Shown: positions 12,623 through 20,653, numbered from the stretch's first letter. The stretch: 64,000 bases of DNA from Gammaproteobacteria bacterium (GCA_965238175.1 CBDEGZ010000003.1:2656001-2720000), one strand, 5' to 3'. Numbers and translations: made by a program. The notes: generated from the letters alone by a model not told the origin.

Positions 12623-12809
12623 AGTATTACTTTTTTAGAAATTAGAGATTTATTAGTTATCAGGCTAGAATACCATGCTCTTTCTGGAGGGTATGATACT
12701 TCCGGCAAACACTATTTAAACTAAATGTCCGCTATAAAATACTAATAATACGGACTTTTTTATCCATAAACTTAATTAGCCATAGCTCAAAGATGAGAGG
12801 AGCAATGAC

Positions 12810-14483
12810 ATGTCAGATATAGAAATCGCCCAAAAAGCAAAAATGAAGCCTATTATTGGCCTCGCTAAAGAAAAATTCGGGGTTGAAGCAGAACACCTCG
12901 ATCCATACGGTCACTACAAAGCCAAACTGTCACTCGATTATGTTGAAAGCTTGAAAGACAGGGAAAATGGAAAACTCGTCCTAGTAACCGCCGTCAGCCC
13001 AACACCTGCAGGTGAAGGTAAAACAACGACAACGGTAGGTCTTGGCGACGCACTAAACAGAATTGGTAAAAAAACAATCATGTGCTTGCGTGAACCTTCA
13101 CTCGGCCCATGTTTTGGTATGAAAGGTGGTGCTGCAGGCGGCGGTTATTCGCAAGTCGTACCAATGGAAGATATCAACCTTCATTTTACGGGTGATTTCC
13201 ATGCAATTGGTGTAGCACATGCGCTTTTAGCTGCCATGATTGATAACCATATCAATCATGGTAACGAATTAGGTATCGATCCTCGTCGTATCCAATGGAA
13301 ACGTGTCGTCGATATGAATGATCGAGCTTTGCGTAAAATCACTATTGGTCAGGGCGGACCAGCAAATGGTTATTTGAGAGAAGATGGTTTTGATATTGTT
13401 GTCGCCTCTGAAATCATGGCTATTCTTTGTCTCGCCACAAGCCGATCAGATCTGAAAGAAAGACTTGGACGTATTCTGGTTGGTTATAAACGTGATAACA
13501 AGACGCCTGTTTATGCGCGTGATCTCAATGCTCAAGGCTCTATGGCCGCACTGCTAAAAGATGCGATTAAACCAAACTTAGTACAAACATTAGAAAACAA
13601 TATCGCCATTATTCATGGTGGTCCATTTGCAAATATTGCTCATGGTTGTAATACCGTAACCGCAACTAAAACTGGTTTGAAACTAGCCGATTATGTGATC
13701 ACTGAAGGTGGTTTCGGTGCAGATTTGGGTGCTGAGAAATTTATTAATATAAAAACACGAATGGCGGGTTTAAACCCTTCAGCCGTTGTATTAGTAGCAA
13801 CAATACGCGCACTTAAATTCCACGGCGGCGTTGCTAAAGAAGATCTGAATACTGAAAATCTTGATGCGCTTGCTAAAGGCATGATCAATATGGAGCGTCA
13901 TGTTGAAAATATTCAAAACGTTTACGGGCTACCTTGCGTAGTTTGTTTAAATCACTTCACTTTAGACACAGATGCAGAAGTTGCCTTACTACAAAAACGT
14001 TGTGAAGAACTAGGAGTGAGATCAGTCGTCTCCAAACACTGGGCAGACGGTGGTGCAGGTGCAGAAGACCTCGCACACGCCGTAGTAGACGTTGTAGAAA
14101 ACAATCCTGGCAAGCACACTTTTGTCTATGACGACGATATGCCTTTATGGGATAAAATCGAAGCAATCGCCACAAGAGTCTATCGCGCAGCCAGCATTTC
14201 AGCCGATGCAAAAGTGAAGAAACAACTTGCTGACTGGAATGAAGATTATGGCTCCTATCCGATCTGTATGGCAAAAACTCAAATGTCATTCTCAACAGAT
14301 CCGACGGCTAAAGGTGCCCCAACAGGACATAATGTACACATTACTGAGGTTCGCTTAAATAATGGTGCAGGATTTGTTGTCGCCATTGCCGGTAGTATGA
14401 TGACAATGCCGGGACTACCTAAAGTGCCAGCAGCAGAGCGAATTGATATTGATGATGATGGAAACATCACTGGTTTATTCTAA
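12810..14483 (+). CDS. fhs: Formate--tetrahydrofolate ligase
   Basis: [50 protein letters not shown]. Confidence 0.98.
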   Translation: MSDIEIAQKAKMKPIIGLAKEKFGVEAEHLDPYGHYKAKLSLDYVESLKDRENGKLVLVTAVSPTPAGEGKTTTTVGLGDALNRIGKKTIMCLREPSLGPCFGMKGGAAGGGYSQVVPMEDINLHFTGDFHAIGVAHALLAAMIDNHINHGNELGIDPRRIQWKRVVDMNDRALRKITIGQGGPANGYLREDGFDIVVASEIMAILCLATSRSDLKERLGRILVGYKRDNKTPVYARDLNAQGSMAALLKDAIKPNLVQTLENNIAIIHGGPFANIAHGCNTVTATKTGLKLADYVITEGGFGADLGAEKFINIKTRMAGLNPSAVVLVATIRALKFHGGVAKEDLNTENLDALAKGMINMERHVENIQNVYGLPCVVCLNHFTLDTDAEVALLQKRCEELGVRSVVSKHWADGGAGAEDLAHAVVDVVENNPGKHTFVYDDDMPLWDKIEAIATRVYRAASISADAKVKKQLADWNEDYGSYPICMAKTQMSFSTDPTAKGAPTGHNVHITEVRLNNGAGFVVAIAGSMMTMPGLPKVPAAERIDIDDDGNITGLF

Positions 14484-14511
14484 AAAATCTGATCAAATAA
14501 TACTTCTGAAT

Positions 14512-14542
14512 AAAAAAGGCCGGTTAATGACTGGCCTTTTTT
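14512..14542. terminator. Bidirectional intrinsic terminator after fhs
   Basis: aaaaaaggccggt-taatg-actggcctttttt, with A/T runs on both sides, between convergent fhs and the DGR RT. Confidence 0.8.
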
Positions 14543-14754
14543 AGTTGAACTGTAGATGTGTAATAGCTCAGATTAAAATGATAATTTGAAAATATGAGTT
14601 GTATTAGCCTTATAGTTTGTAAAATATTAGAAGTCTCAAACCGTCTAACTGCTACCATTCGATTAAAGCTTTTTATAACTTTCGACTGCTCATAGTGGCA
14701 TAACCGGTCAATAAACAATCTAACGATCTAATAGTAGTCGACCTCATCTAGTAG

Positions 14755-16230
14755 TTACTGTGAAATTAGCCTACATGTCGGCTCCCGTTGCATTACTTCC
14801 ATCGATACCGAGACTTGTTCTTCAATAAACAACACAGACCTTCCACATTCCAAAATCGTCTTAACTTTCTCTATCGCCAGTCTCACAGGAAACCCAAAAC
14901 GTGCGCCACGATGATTCCGTTTCATTCTGGTAAGATCAAGCTTTTTAGCAACAACCTCATCGGAATGATGATAAAACTCATAAAACTTCCCCACCCGAAA
15001 GAACAACACGTCCCCAGGAAAACGCCAGCGAAAATATCCATACTGTTGACTGACTCGCTGAAAGTTCTTTGGTACAGCATATTTTCTGATCAACTTCCAG
15101 CTAACACTATCAAACTCAAAATACTGCTGCAAATAATCAAATCTGTTCCAAATCGATTGCCACAGGTTCCAGCAACTGGCGAGTTTAAAATGTCCCAGAT
15201 ACGACGATAGCATTGCTGATAATTTATCCAGCAAAGTAATATCAAAGCGATAGCGCGTGACACCGCCCCTTTCTTCAACCAGCAAGGATTCATAGTCACA
15301 CAATTGTTCCTTAAGGTGATTCACCACCCGCCGCCTCACCAGCATATAATCCCGTCGCACGATATAACCGAGAAAATCCAGCCCATTCGAAACTGAGGCT
15401 AGCGGCTGTCGTGAGTTGAGTTGTAACTGGCGATGTTCATTCAGATTAACTTCTATCTGACTTTTCCATTCCAGTAGTTGCTCTCGCTCCTTTGCCAGCA
15501 GCACAAAATCATCACAATAACGTAAGTAATACCGGCACTTCAATTGATGCTTAATCAGATGATCCATACCGGTCAGATAGACATTGGCAAAAAACTGGCT
15601 ATTCAAATTACCGATGGGCAATCCTTTATTGTCACCACAACCAAACAGGGTTTTATGTGCGGGTATTCGTCCAGTTAAATCACGTCCCCGAAAAATATGG
15701 TTCTGTGTACAATCATGATAGACCAGTATTTTCGTCAACCATAATGCCGTGTCATCGTTAAGCTTTGCCGACAATAAGCCATAAAGAATATCCTTATCAA
15801 TGGTCATGAAATAATTACGGATATCCAGTTGCAAATAATACGCTGGTTGTATGCCGTTGCAGGTCACTTGTCGAATAAACCGCTGTAGACGTTTCACACC
15901 ACGATGCACTCCTTTGCCTTTTCGACAGGCATAGGAATCATGGATAAATATTGGTTCCCAGATTTTCTCCAGATAATCTACCAGTAAATGATGCACCACA
16001 CGGTCACGAAAATCGGCAGCAAAGATTTCGCGTAACTTAGGTCGAGTTGAAAAAAAGCAGACAGAACGGGTCGGCTGGTAAGTACGATTGATCAATGACT
16101 CTCGCAGGCTCAACAGTTGTTTCTCCTGCTCAGCTTCAAAACGCAATGCATTAATTGTGTTGCGCTTATTTCTGCGACAGGCGTAATACTGCCGATAGAG
16201 ATTTTCAAGCGACAGGTCGAGAGTGATCAT
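14755..16230 (-). CDS. DGR reverse transcriptase with C-terminal MutS domain-I-like module
   Basis: SLENLY..YY.CRRNKR N-terminus, PKLREIFAADFRDRVVHH, IHDSYACRKGKG, LDIRNYF, GLPIGNLNSQFFANVYL (DGR-type SQ motif), YLRYCDDF and DFLGY. C-terminal FPGDVLFFRVGKFYEFY...GFP...G.SVLFIEEQ resembles MutS_I. Confidence 0.95.
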   Translation of the reverse strand: MITLDLSLENLYRQYYACRRNKRNTINALRFEAEQEKQLLSLRESLINRTYQPTRSVCFFSTRPKLREIFAADFRDRVVHHLLVDYLEKIWEPIFIHDSYACRKGKGVHRGVKRLQRFIRQVTCNGIQPAYYLQLDIRNYFMTIDKDILYGLLSAKLNDDTALWLTKILVYHDCTQNHIFRGRDLTGRIPAHKTLFGCGDNKGLPIGNLNSQFFANVYLTGMDHLIKHQLKCRYYLRYCDDFVLLAKEREQLLEWKSQIEVNLNEHRQLQLNSRQPLASVSNGLDFLGYIVRRDYMLVRRRVVNHLKEQLCDYESLLVEERGGVTRYRFDITLLDKLSAMLSSYLGHFKLASCWNLWQSIWNRFDYLQQYFEFDSVSWKLIRKYAVPKNFQRVSQQYGYFRWRFPGDVLFFRVGKFYEFYHHSDEVVAKKLDLTRMKRNHRGARFGFPVRLAIEKVKTILECGRSVLFIEEQVSVSMEVMQREPTCRLISQ

Positions 16231-16233
16231 TCT

Positions 16234-16363
16234 CCGGGGCGAACGGCAAGGGCAAACAAATTATTAGTCTTATTGTTGTTGTTCTGGTTGCCGTTATTGA
16301 AGTTAAAGTTCAGCGCATTAGAGGAATTCAACTCCACGCCTGACCAGTAGTTATTCGACTGGA
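16234..16363 (-). repeat. DGR template repeat (TR)
   Basis: 130-nt copy of 17270-17399 (offset 1036). In the target's frame it reads QSNNYWSGVELNSSNALNFNFNNGNQNNNNKTNNLFALAVRPG, with 15 AAY codons. Confidence 0.96.
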
Positions 16364-16583
16364 CAATTACCTGCCCTCTTTCCGATAGTATCCTGAGGAT
16401 AAACTCACAAAACGGATACCACCCCACCGGCAAGAAATCTTTGTAATAAAGTAGCCTTGCCTGAATTAACATGCCAGAGAAACTATTCTCAGGCGGGACA
16501 GGCGCACAATGATACACGTTGGTACGCTTACCTGAACTGTCCATACAAACAGGACAAATTAACAGATAATTCTGACTCTCTCA

Positions 16584-16955
16584 TCAAACTACACCTTTTT
16601 CATTTTTTCGTACTCGACTGCTCCTTATCCAGCCCTCGTTCTGTCTGCAAACTGACACCACCTGTTCGATGGCAAATTGAAATGATTTAAAACTTTTGAA
16701 GGCCTTTGCCTCTTTCGCTATACGCACGAGTATCAATAATTCATCGAGCTGTTCGCGCAAGACCAGAAGATGAGGGCGCTTATCCCTGGCGGCATTGGCT
16801 TTCATAATCAGGGAAACCACTACACGGCTTTTGTTGCGTAGTTCTGTGCCGAGCGTGTATTTGTGATAACGGGAGAAGCCCGAAACCACTTTTTCGAAAT
16901 AAACGGCCACATCCATCGCTTGTTTGTAAATCGGAAGATGTTCGTATCTTGCCAT
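16584..16955 (-). CDS. avd: DGR accessory variability determinant (Avd-like four-helix-bundle protein)
   Basis: Basic 123-aa helical protein (HLPIYKQA...FSRYHKYTLGTELR...QNEGW) located directly upstream of TR and RT. Confidence 0.88.
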   Translation of the reverse strand: MARYEHLPIYKQAMDVAVYFEKVVSGFSRYHKYTLGTELRNKSRVVVSLIMKANAARDKRPHLLVLREQLDELLILVRIAKEAKAFKSFKSFQFAIEQVVSVCRQNEGWIRSSRVRKNEKGVV

Positions 16956-16981
16956 GAGTAAAATTCCTTTTTCTGTAGCGC

Positions 16982-17103
16982 TTGTAGGTCGGATTACAAC
17001 TGCATATATGCCGGAGGTAAGTAGCGCAGGAGCAGTTACCGAGCGCAGCGTAATCCGACAAATAATAAATGCTGGATTATGCTATCGCTAATCCAACCTA
17101 CAA
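16982..17103. repeat. REPIN-like pair of inverted GTAG-type REP sequences with a nested ~46-bp insertion
   Basis: GTAGGTCGGATTA[insert 16997-17042]GCGCAGCGTAATCCGAC faces an inverted copy, TGGATTATGCTATCGCTAATCCAACCTAC. Confidence 0.75.
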
Positions 17104-17178
17104 ATTCAAAACCGCAGGGGGCGTCCCCTACCCCCCTAAAGGGTCAAATCATACAAATGACCGAATGACCAAATTACG

Positions 17179-17958
17179 TTACCGCCGTTTCCTTCTAAAC
17201 CCTGCCAACCCAAACAATGCGGAACCCATCAGCCATACAGCCGCTGGAACTGGGACGGCGGCAACATCGCCGGGGCGAACGGCATGGGCAAACAAATTAA
17301 AAGTCTTATTGCGGTTGCGCTGGTCGCCGTTAGTGAAGCTAAAGAGCAGCGCATTAGAGGAACCCAACTCCACGCCTGACCAGTAGTTATGCGACTGGAG
17401 GTTGGTGAATTGGCCTACGTTGTTGAGTCCAGCGCCTGTTTGTGCGACACAGCCGGTTGGGGCGCTGTTGTTGGGTGTGCAAAAGCCCAGGTTGCCCAGC
17501 GTTGCGTAGTATAAATGACCCATTTCTGAGACTGGGGTGTTACTACTGTTCTGCCAGCCGATGCCAGTGGCGCCTGTACCAATGTCGCTGGTGCCGTTGT
17601 TGGTGAAGCCGGTCTGGAAGCTTGTACCATTGATGGGACTTAGGCTTGGCAGGCGCCAGTCGTTGAAGCCGAGGTGGTTGGCGCTGTTCATGCCCGCTAT
17701 CCACAGGTTGGCGTTGTCCCAGGTCATGCGACCGGTGCTGCCAACAGTGTTGGCGGTGTCGTCAGCTTCATTGGTGCTGAGTGTCAGGCCAAACTGGTTG
17801 GTCAGTGCCAAGTTGGCATTGGAGAGCCAGGTGATGTCCAGTACATCATCATAGAGGGCATCGCCGCCCAATCTTGAGATTAAGGTGGCGTGGGCGGTGC
17901 TGCTTAAGCAAATGAGTAGTGTTATTACGCTGAAAGACTTAATACTGATGAGTTTCAT
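17179..17958 (-). CDS. DGR target: secreted DUF1566/Lcl (C-type-lectin-like) protein with PEP-CTERM-type (VPVPA) sorting signal
   Basis: Signal peptide ending AHA; LDITWL..ANL, MTW..A, GFNDWRLP, YWSG and AVRPG motifs. C-terminus is VPVPAAVWLMGSALFGLAGFRRKRR (motif, TM helix, basic tail). AAGGAG SD upstream. Confidence 0.92.
   Translation of the reverse strand: MKLISIKSFSVITLLICLSSTAHATLISRLGGDALYDDVLDITWLSNANLALTNQFGLTLSTNEADDTANTVGSTGRMTWDNANLWIAGMNSANHLGFNDWRLPSLSPINGTSFQTGFTNNGTSDIGTGATGIGWQNSSNTPVSEMGHLYYATLGNLGFCTPNNSAPTGCVAQTGAGLNNVGQFTNLQSHNYWSGVELGSSNALLFSFTNGDQRNRNKTFNLFAHAVRPGDVAAVPVPAAVWLMGSALFGLAGFRRKRR
17270..17399 (-). repeat. DGR variable repeat (VR) inside the target CDS
   Basis: 15 mismatches versus TR, 14 at TR adenines on the coding strand. 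Nine Asn codons are changed (to H, G, L, S, T, D, R, R, F). Confidence 0.96.
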
Positions 17959-18017
17959 ATTGTTCCATCTCCTTTTTTATGTTTCGTTTTTGTCGTTGAT
18001 CCTTCTATACGGCAGAA

Positions 18018-18034
18018 AGCAAGTATTGCGCCCG
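18018..18034 (-). promoter_or_regulatory. sigma54 (-24/-12) promoter of the DGR target gene
   Basis: Minus strand CGGGCGCAATACTTGCT has GG-N10-GC spacing with TTGC, about 60 nt upstream of the ATG. Confidence 0.7.
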
Positions 18035-18051
18035 AGTATTGCTTCCTTACT

Positions 18052-18085
18052 TTTCAATGGCTTAGCGCATATCGATAGTTTTACA
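18052..18085. promoter_or_regulatory. Putative IHF site (18052-18064) and enhancer-binding site (18070-18085)
   Basis: TTTCAATGGCTTA has 1 mismatch to WATCAANNNNTTR. Minus-strand TGTAAAACTATCGATA contains the TGTAAA/TTTACA motif recalled from PEP-CTERM upstream regions. Confidence 0.55.
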
Positions 18086-18216
18086 AAGGCTCATTAAGTC
18101 AAATTGTGTTGCCTGTGGGCGACAAATAGGCGTAAGTTGCGCCTGGATAAAGTGAATCAATTTGGGAAATTTTAATTCGAAGAGTCGTGTTTTGCAATCA
18201 AGGGCAGACATTCAAG

Positions 18217-18732
18217 CTAGTAATGAATCAAAGAGTGGATCCGATAACCGGATAACTTTTCTCGCCCCTTAAGTTCGTCAAGCTCAACAATAAATGCGCA
18301 GGCCACCACTTCCGCACCTAACTTTTCGATCAATTTACAACTCGCAGCAGCCGTTCCTCCGGTTGCAATTAAATCATCAATAATTAATACGCGATCTTTC
18401 TCTGTTAATGCATCAATATGTACTTCTAGTGAGTTAGCTCCATACTCAAGATCATATGATGCAGTTACAACATCAAAGGGTAATTTTCCAGGTTTACGCA
18501 ATGGTACAAAACCAACACCTAGTTCCCATGCAACTAAGCTTCCAAAAATAAAACCTCGAGCCTCCATTCCTGCGACAGCTGTAATTTCCTCGCCTAAGAA
18601 AGGTTGTATCATCTGATAAACAGCTAATTTCATCGTTGCAGGATCTTTTACAAGTGGCATAACATCTTTAAATTGAATTCCTGACTCGGGAAAGTCAGAA
18701 ATATTTCTTATTTTATCTTTTAGCTGTTGCAC
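18217..18732 (-). CDS. apt: Adenine phosphoribosyltransferase
   Basis: DFPESGIQFKD, EARGFIFG, RKPGKLP, YDLEYG, IIDDLIATGGT. Confidence 0.97.
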   Translation of the reverse strand: MQQLKDKIRNISDFPESGIQFKDVMPLVKDPATMKLAVYQMIQPFLGEEITAVAGMEARGFIFGSLVAWELGVGFVPLRKPGKLPFDVVTASYDLEYGANSLEVHIDALTEKDRVLIIDDLIATGGTAAASCKLIEKLGAEVVACAFIVELDELKGREKLSGYRIHSLIHY

Positions 18733-18843
18733 AACATTTCCTTTTTAATTCAGAAACTTACTCAATAATAACATACCAAACTATTGACAAACATCACAAT
18801 TTTATAGAAGGTTACACTAAAATTATTTCAGGGTGGGTAAAAC

Positions 18844-19407
18844 ATGTTTAAAGTATTAATTGCAGCTATTCTTGGTGGAGCTATATCCTTTGCATGGACA
18901 AGTGCTTCCTGGATGTTCTTACCATGGCACCAACAAACAATTAAACATTTTGATAACGAACAAGCTGTAGCAAAAACACTGAAAGCTCAAGTCGAAGAAG
19001 ATGGAATTTATCTTATACCTAAAATTGATCAAAATTCAGCAAAGCCAATGGAGGCAACAGCAAGTACGGATACATTTGCCTTTATTTCTCTTAGATCAAA
19101 TGGTACAGGCATGAGTATGCAAGAGTCTATGAAATTTTCTTTTTTCAATAGCATTTTTATCAGTATCCTCATCGTAATACTTCTATCATGCACTTCTGAT
19201 CTAGGTTATATGGCTAGAGTATTTTTTGTTATGATGGTTGGTTTAATAGGAGCTTTATCAGGCCATGTTCCCAACTGGATCTGGTGGGGGTTTGCTACCA
19301 ACTATACTATTGTAATGATGGTCGATATCGTTATCGGTTGGTTTCTTGCCGGCTTAGTTATCGCTGCATTTGTCGGACGTGAACCTGAGTTTGAACTTAA
19401 CGAGTAG
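18844..19407 (+). CDS. Hypothetical integral membrane protein
   Basis: 187-aa ORF with about 4 hydrophobic segments; fills the gap between apt and the LysR gene. Confidence 0.75.
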   Translation: MFKVLIAAILGGAISFAWTSASWMFLPWHQQTIKHFDNEQAVAKTLKAQVEEDGIYLIPKIDQNSAKPMEATASTDTFAFISLRSNGTGMSMQESMKFSFFNSIFISILIVILLSCTSDLGYMARVFFVMMVGLIGALSGHVPNWIWWGFATNYTIVMMVDIVIGWFLAGLVIAAFVGREPEFELNE

Positions 19408-19417
19408 CCATTTAAGT

Positions 19418-20329
19418 TTATGCTGTCCACTCATCCCAATAAGGTATTGGCTGGAAACGTTGGATCAAAAATTCCACAAACATTCGAACCTTGGCAGAAA
19501 GGTGTCTACGGTGTAAATACATAACATGGATGGGTCGTTGTGCGGGTTCGTATTTTTCCAAAATAACTTTCAACCGACCTAGTTTTATATCCTGACCAAC
19601 CATGTAAGTTGGCTCCTGAATAACACCCAAACCTTTTATACCACCTACTCTGAGTGTGTCGCCGACATTTGATTTCATACAACCTGATACTTTAACCGAA
19701 AAATCTTCGCCATCTCGTCGAAACTGCCATTCATTCGAAGGAAACCTTGGTGTGAAAAGCAAACATTTATGCTCTGCTAATTCCTCCGGGGTTTTAGGAA
19801 TGCCGTGCTCAGCTAGATAGTCTGGAGATGCACAAACAACCATTCTTGCAGAAGCAATTTGACGCGCAATTAAGCTAGAATCGCTTAATTCACCAACTCT
19901 AATAGAAAGATCTAATCCTTCTTCTACAAGATCAGCTTCACGATCCGTTAATATTAATTCAACACTAATATCGGGAAATTCCTCCATAAAATCAGCAGCG
20001 GCTCTTGAGAGATGGAAAGCACCAAATGATGTAGGTGCCATCATTTTAAGCATCCCAGTTGGCTCGGTGTTAAGGTGAGAAACAGAGAGTTCAGTTTCTT
20101 CTATCTCCGCTAAAATAACACTAACCCTCTCCCGATAAGCTGAACCAACTTCTGTCAAACTAATTTTCCTGGTGGTGCGGTTGAAAAGACGGACTCCCAA
20201 TGTGTTTTCTAAAGCAGTGATATGTTTTGAAGCCATTGCCTTAGAGATACCAAGATCTGATGCTGCGGCCGAAAAACTTCCAAGTTTTGCAACGCGAGCG
20301 AACACTTTCATACTAACTAATTTATCCAT
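19418..20329 (-). CDS. LysR-family transcriptional regulator (CrgA/DmlR-like)
   Basis: GSFSAAA..LG.SKA.ASKHI..LE..LGVRLFNRTTR HTH; DLVEEGLDLSIRVG; SAKVRMFVEFL. Confidence 0.93.
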   Translation of the reverse strand: MDKLVSMKVFARVAKLGSFSAAASDLGISKAMASKHITALENTLGVRLFNRTTRKISLTEVGSAYRERVSVILAEIEETELSVSHLNTEPTGMLKMMAPTSFGAFHLSRAAADFMEEFPDISVELILTDREADLVEEGLDLSIRVGELSDSSLIARQIASARMVVCASPDYLAEHGIPKTPEELAEHKCLLFTPRFPSNEWQFRRDGEDFSVKVSGCMKSNVGDTLRVGGIKGLGVIQEPTYMVGQDIKLGRLKVILEKYEPAQRPIHVMYLHRRHLSAKVRMFVEFLIQRFQPIPYWDEWTA

Positions 20330-20616
20330 AGCATCAATATTTTCTTATTTTGAAACAATATATTAACTAACTGCTGTATTGAAATGCAAATAGAATAACA
20401 ATATTATCTAAGTAAGTAGATAACTCCTGAATAATTTACTAGGTTTCTATTGAATCTATTGAAATAACTAATGAAAGAAATCGAAAACATCACTGTCATG
20501 ATGCTAAGTGAAGAAATTTATAAACAGGTTTTCCTAACCAGCAATTCAAATCATGGCCTCCCCTAGTGTAATTGCTGATTTTTGTACACAACGAAAGTTA
20601 TGTACTTTTTTATTCC

Positions 20617-20648
20617 AGCCTGCTGGTATTCTATCAGCAGGCTTTCTT
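20617..20648. terminator. Hairpin terminator at the 3' end of ppc
   Basis: agcctgctg-gtattctat-cagcaggct followed by ttctt. Confidence 0.6.
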
Positions 20649-20653
20649 AATTA

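Larger units (their letters stand above)
14755..18085 (-). mobile_element. Diversity-generating retroelement (target-avd-TR-RT)
   Basis: Co-oriented target gene, Avd-like gene, template repeat and RT, with adenine-specific TR/VR mismatches. Target GC is higher than host (spot counts 34/60 at 17401-17460 versus 24/60 in ppc at 22441-22500). Confidence 0.96.

Noticed and set aside
14755-16230. RT as a group II intron maturase, retron or CRISPR-associated RT
   Set aside because: It has the DGR-type LPIGNLNSQ motif, an adjacent avd and an A-mismatched TR/VR pair. I saw no intron domain V/VI, msr-msd structure or cas genes.
16227-16544. 105-aa Asn-rich ORF as a conventional protein
   Set aside because: Its 3' half is the TR, whose AAY richness keeps the frame open. 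It is kept only as a possible translational-coupling leader.
19418-20329. LysR as the serine-cycle regulator QscR
   Set aside because: The sequence looks CrgA/DmlR-like rather than CbbR-like; adjacency to ppc alone is insufficient.
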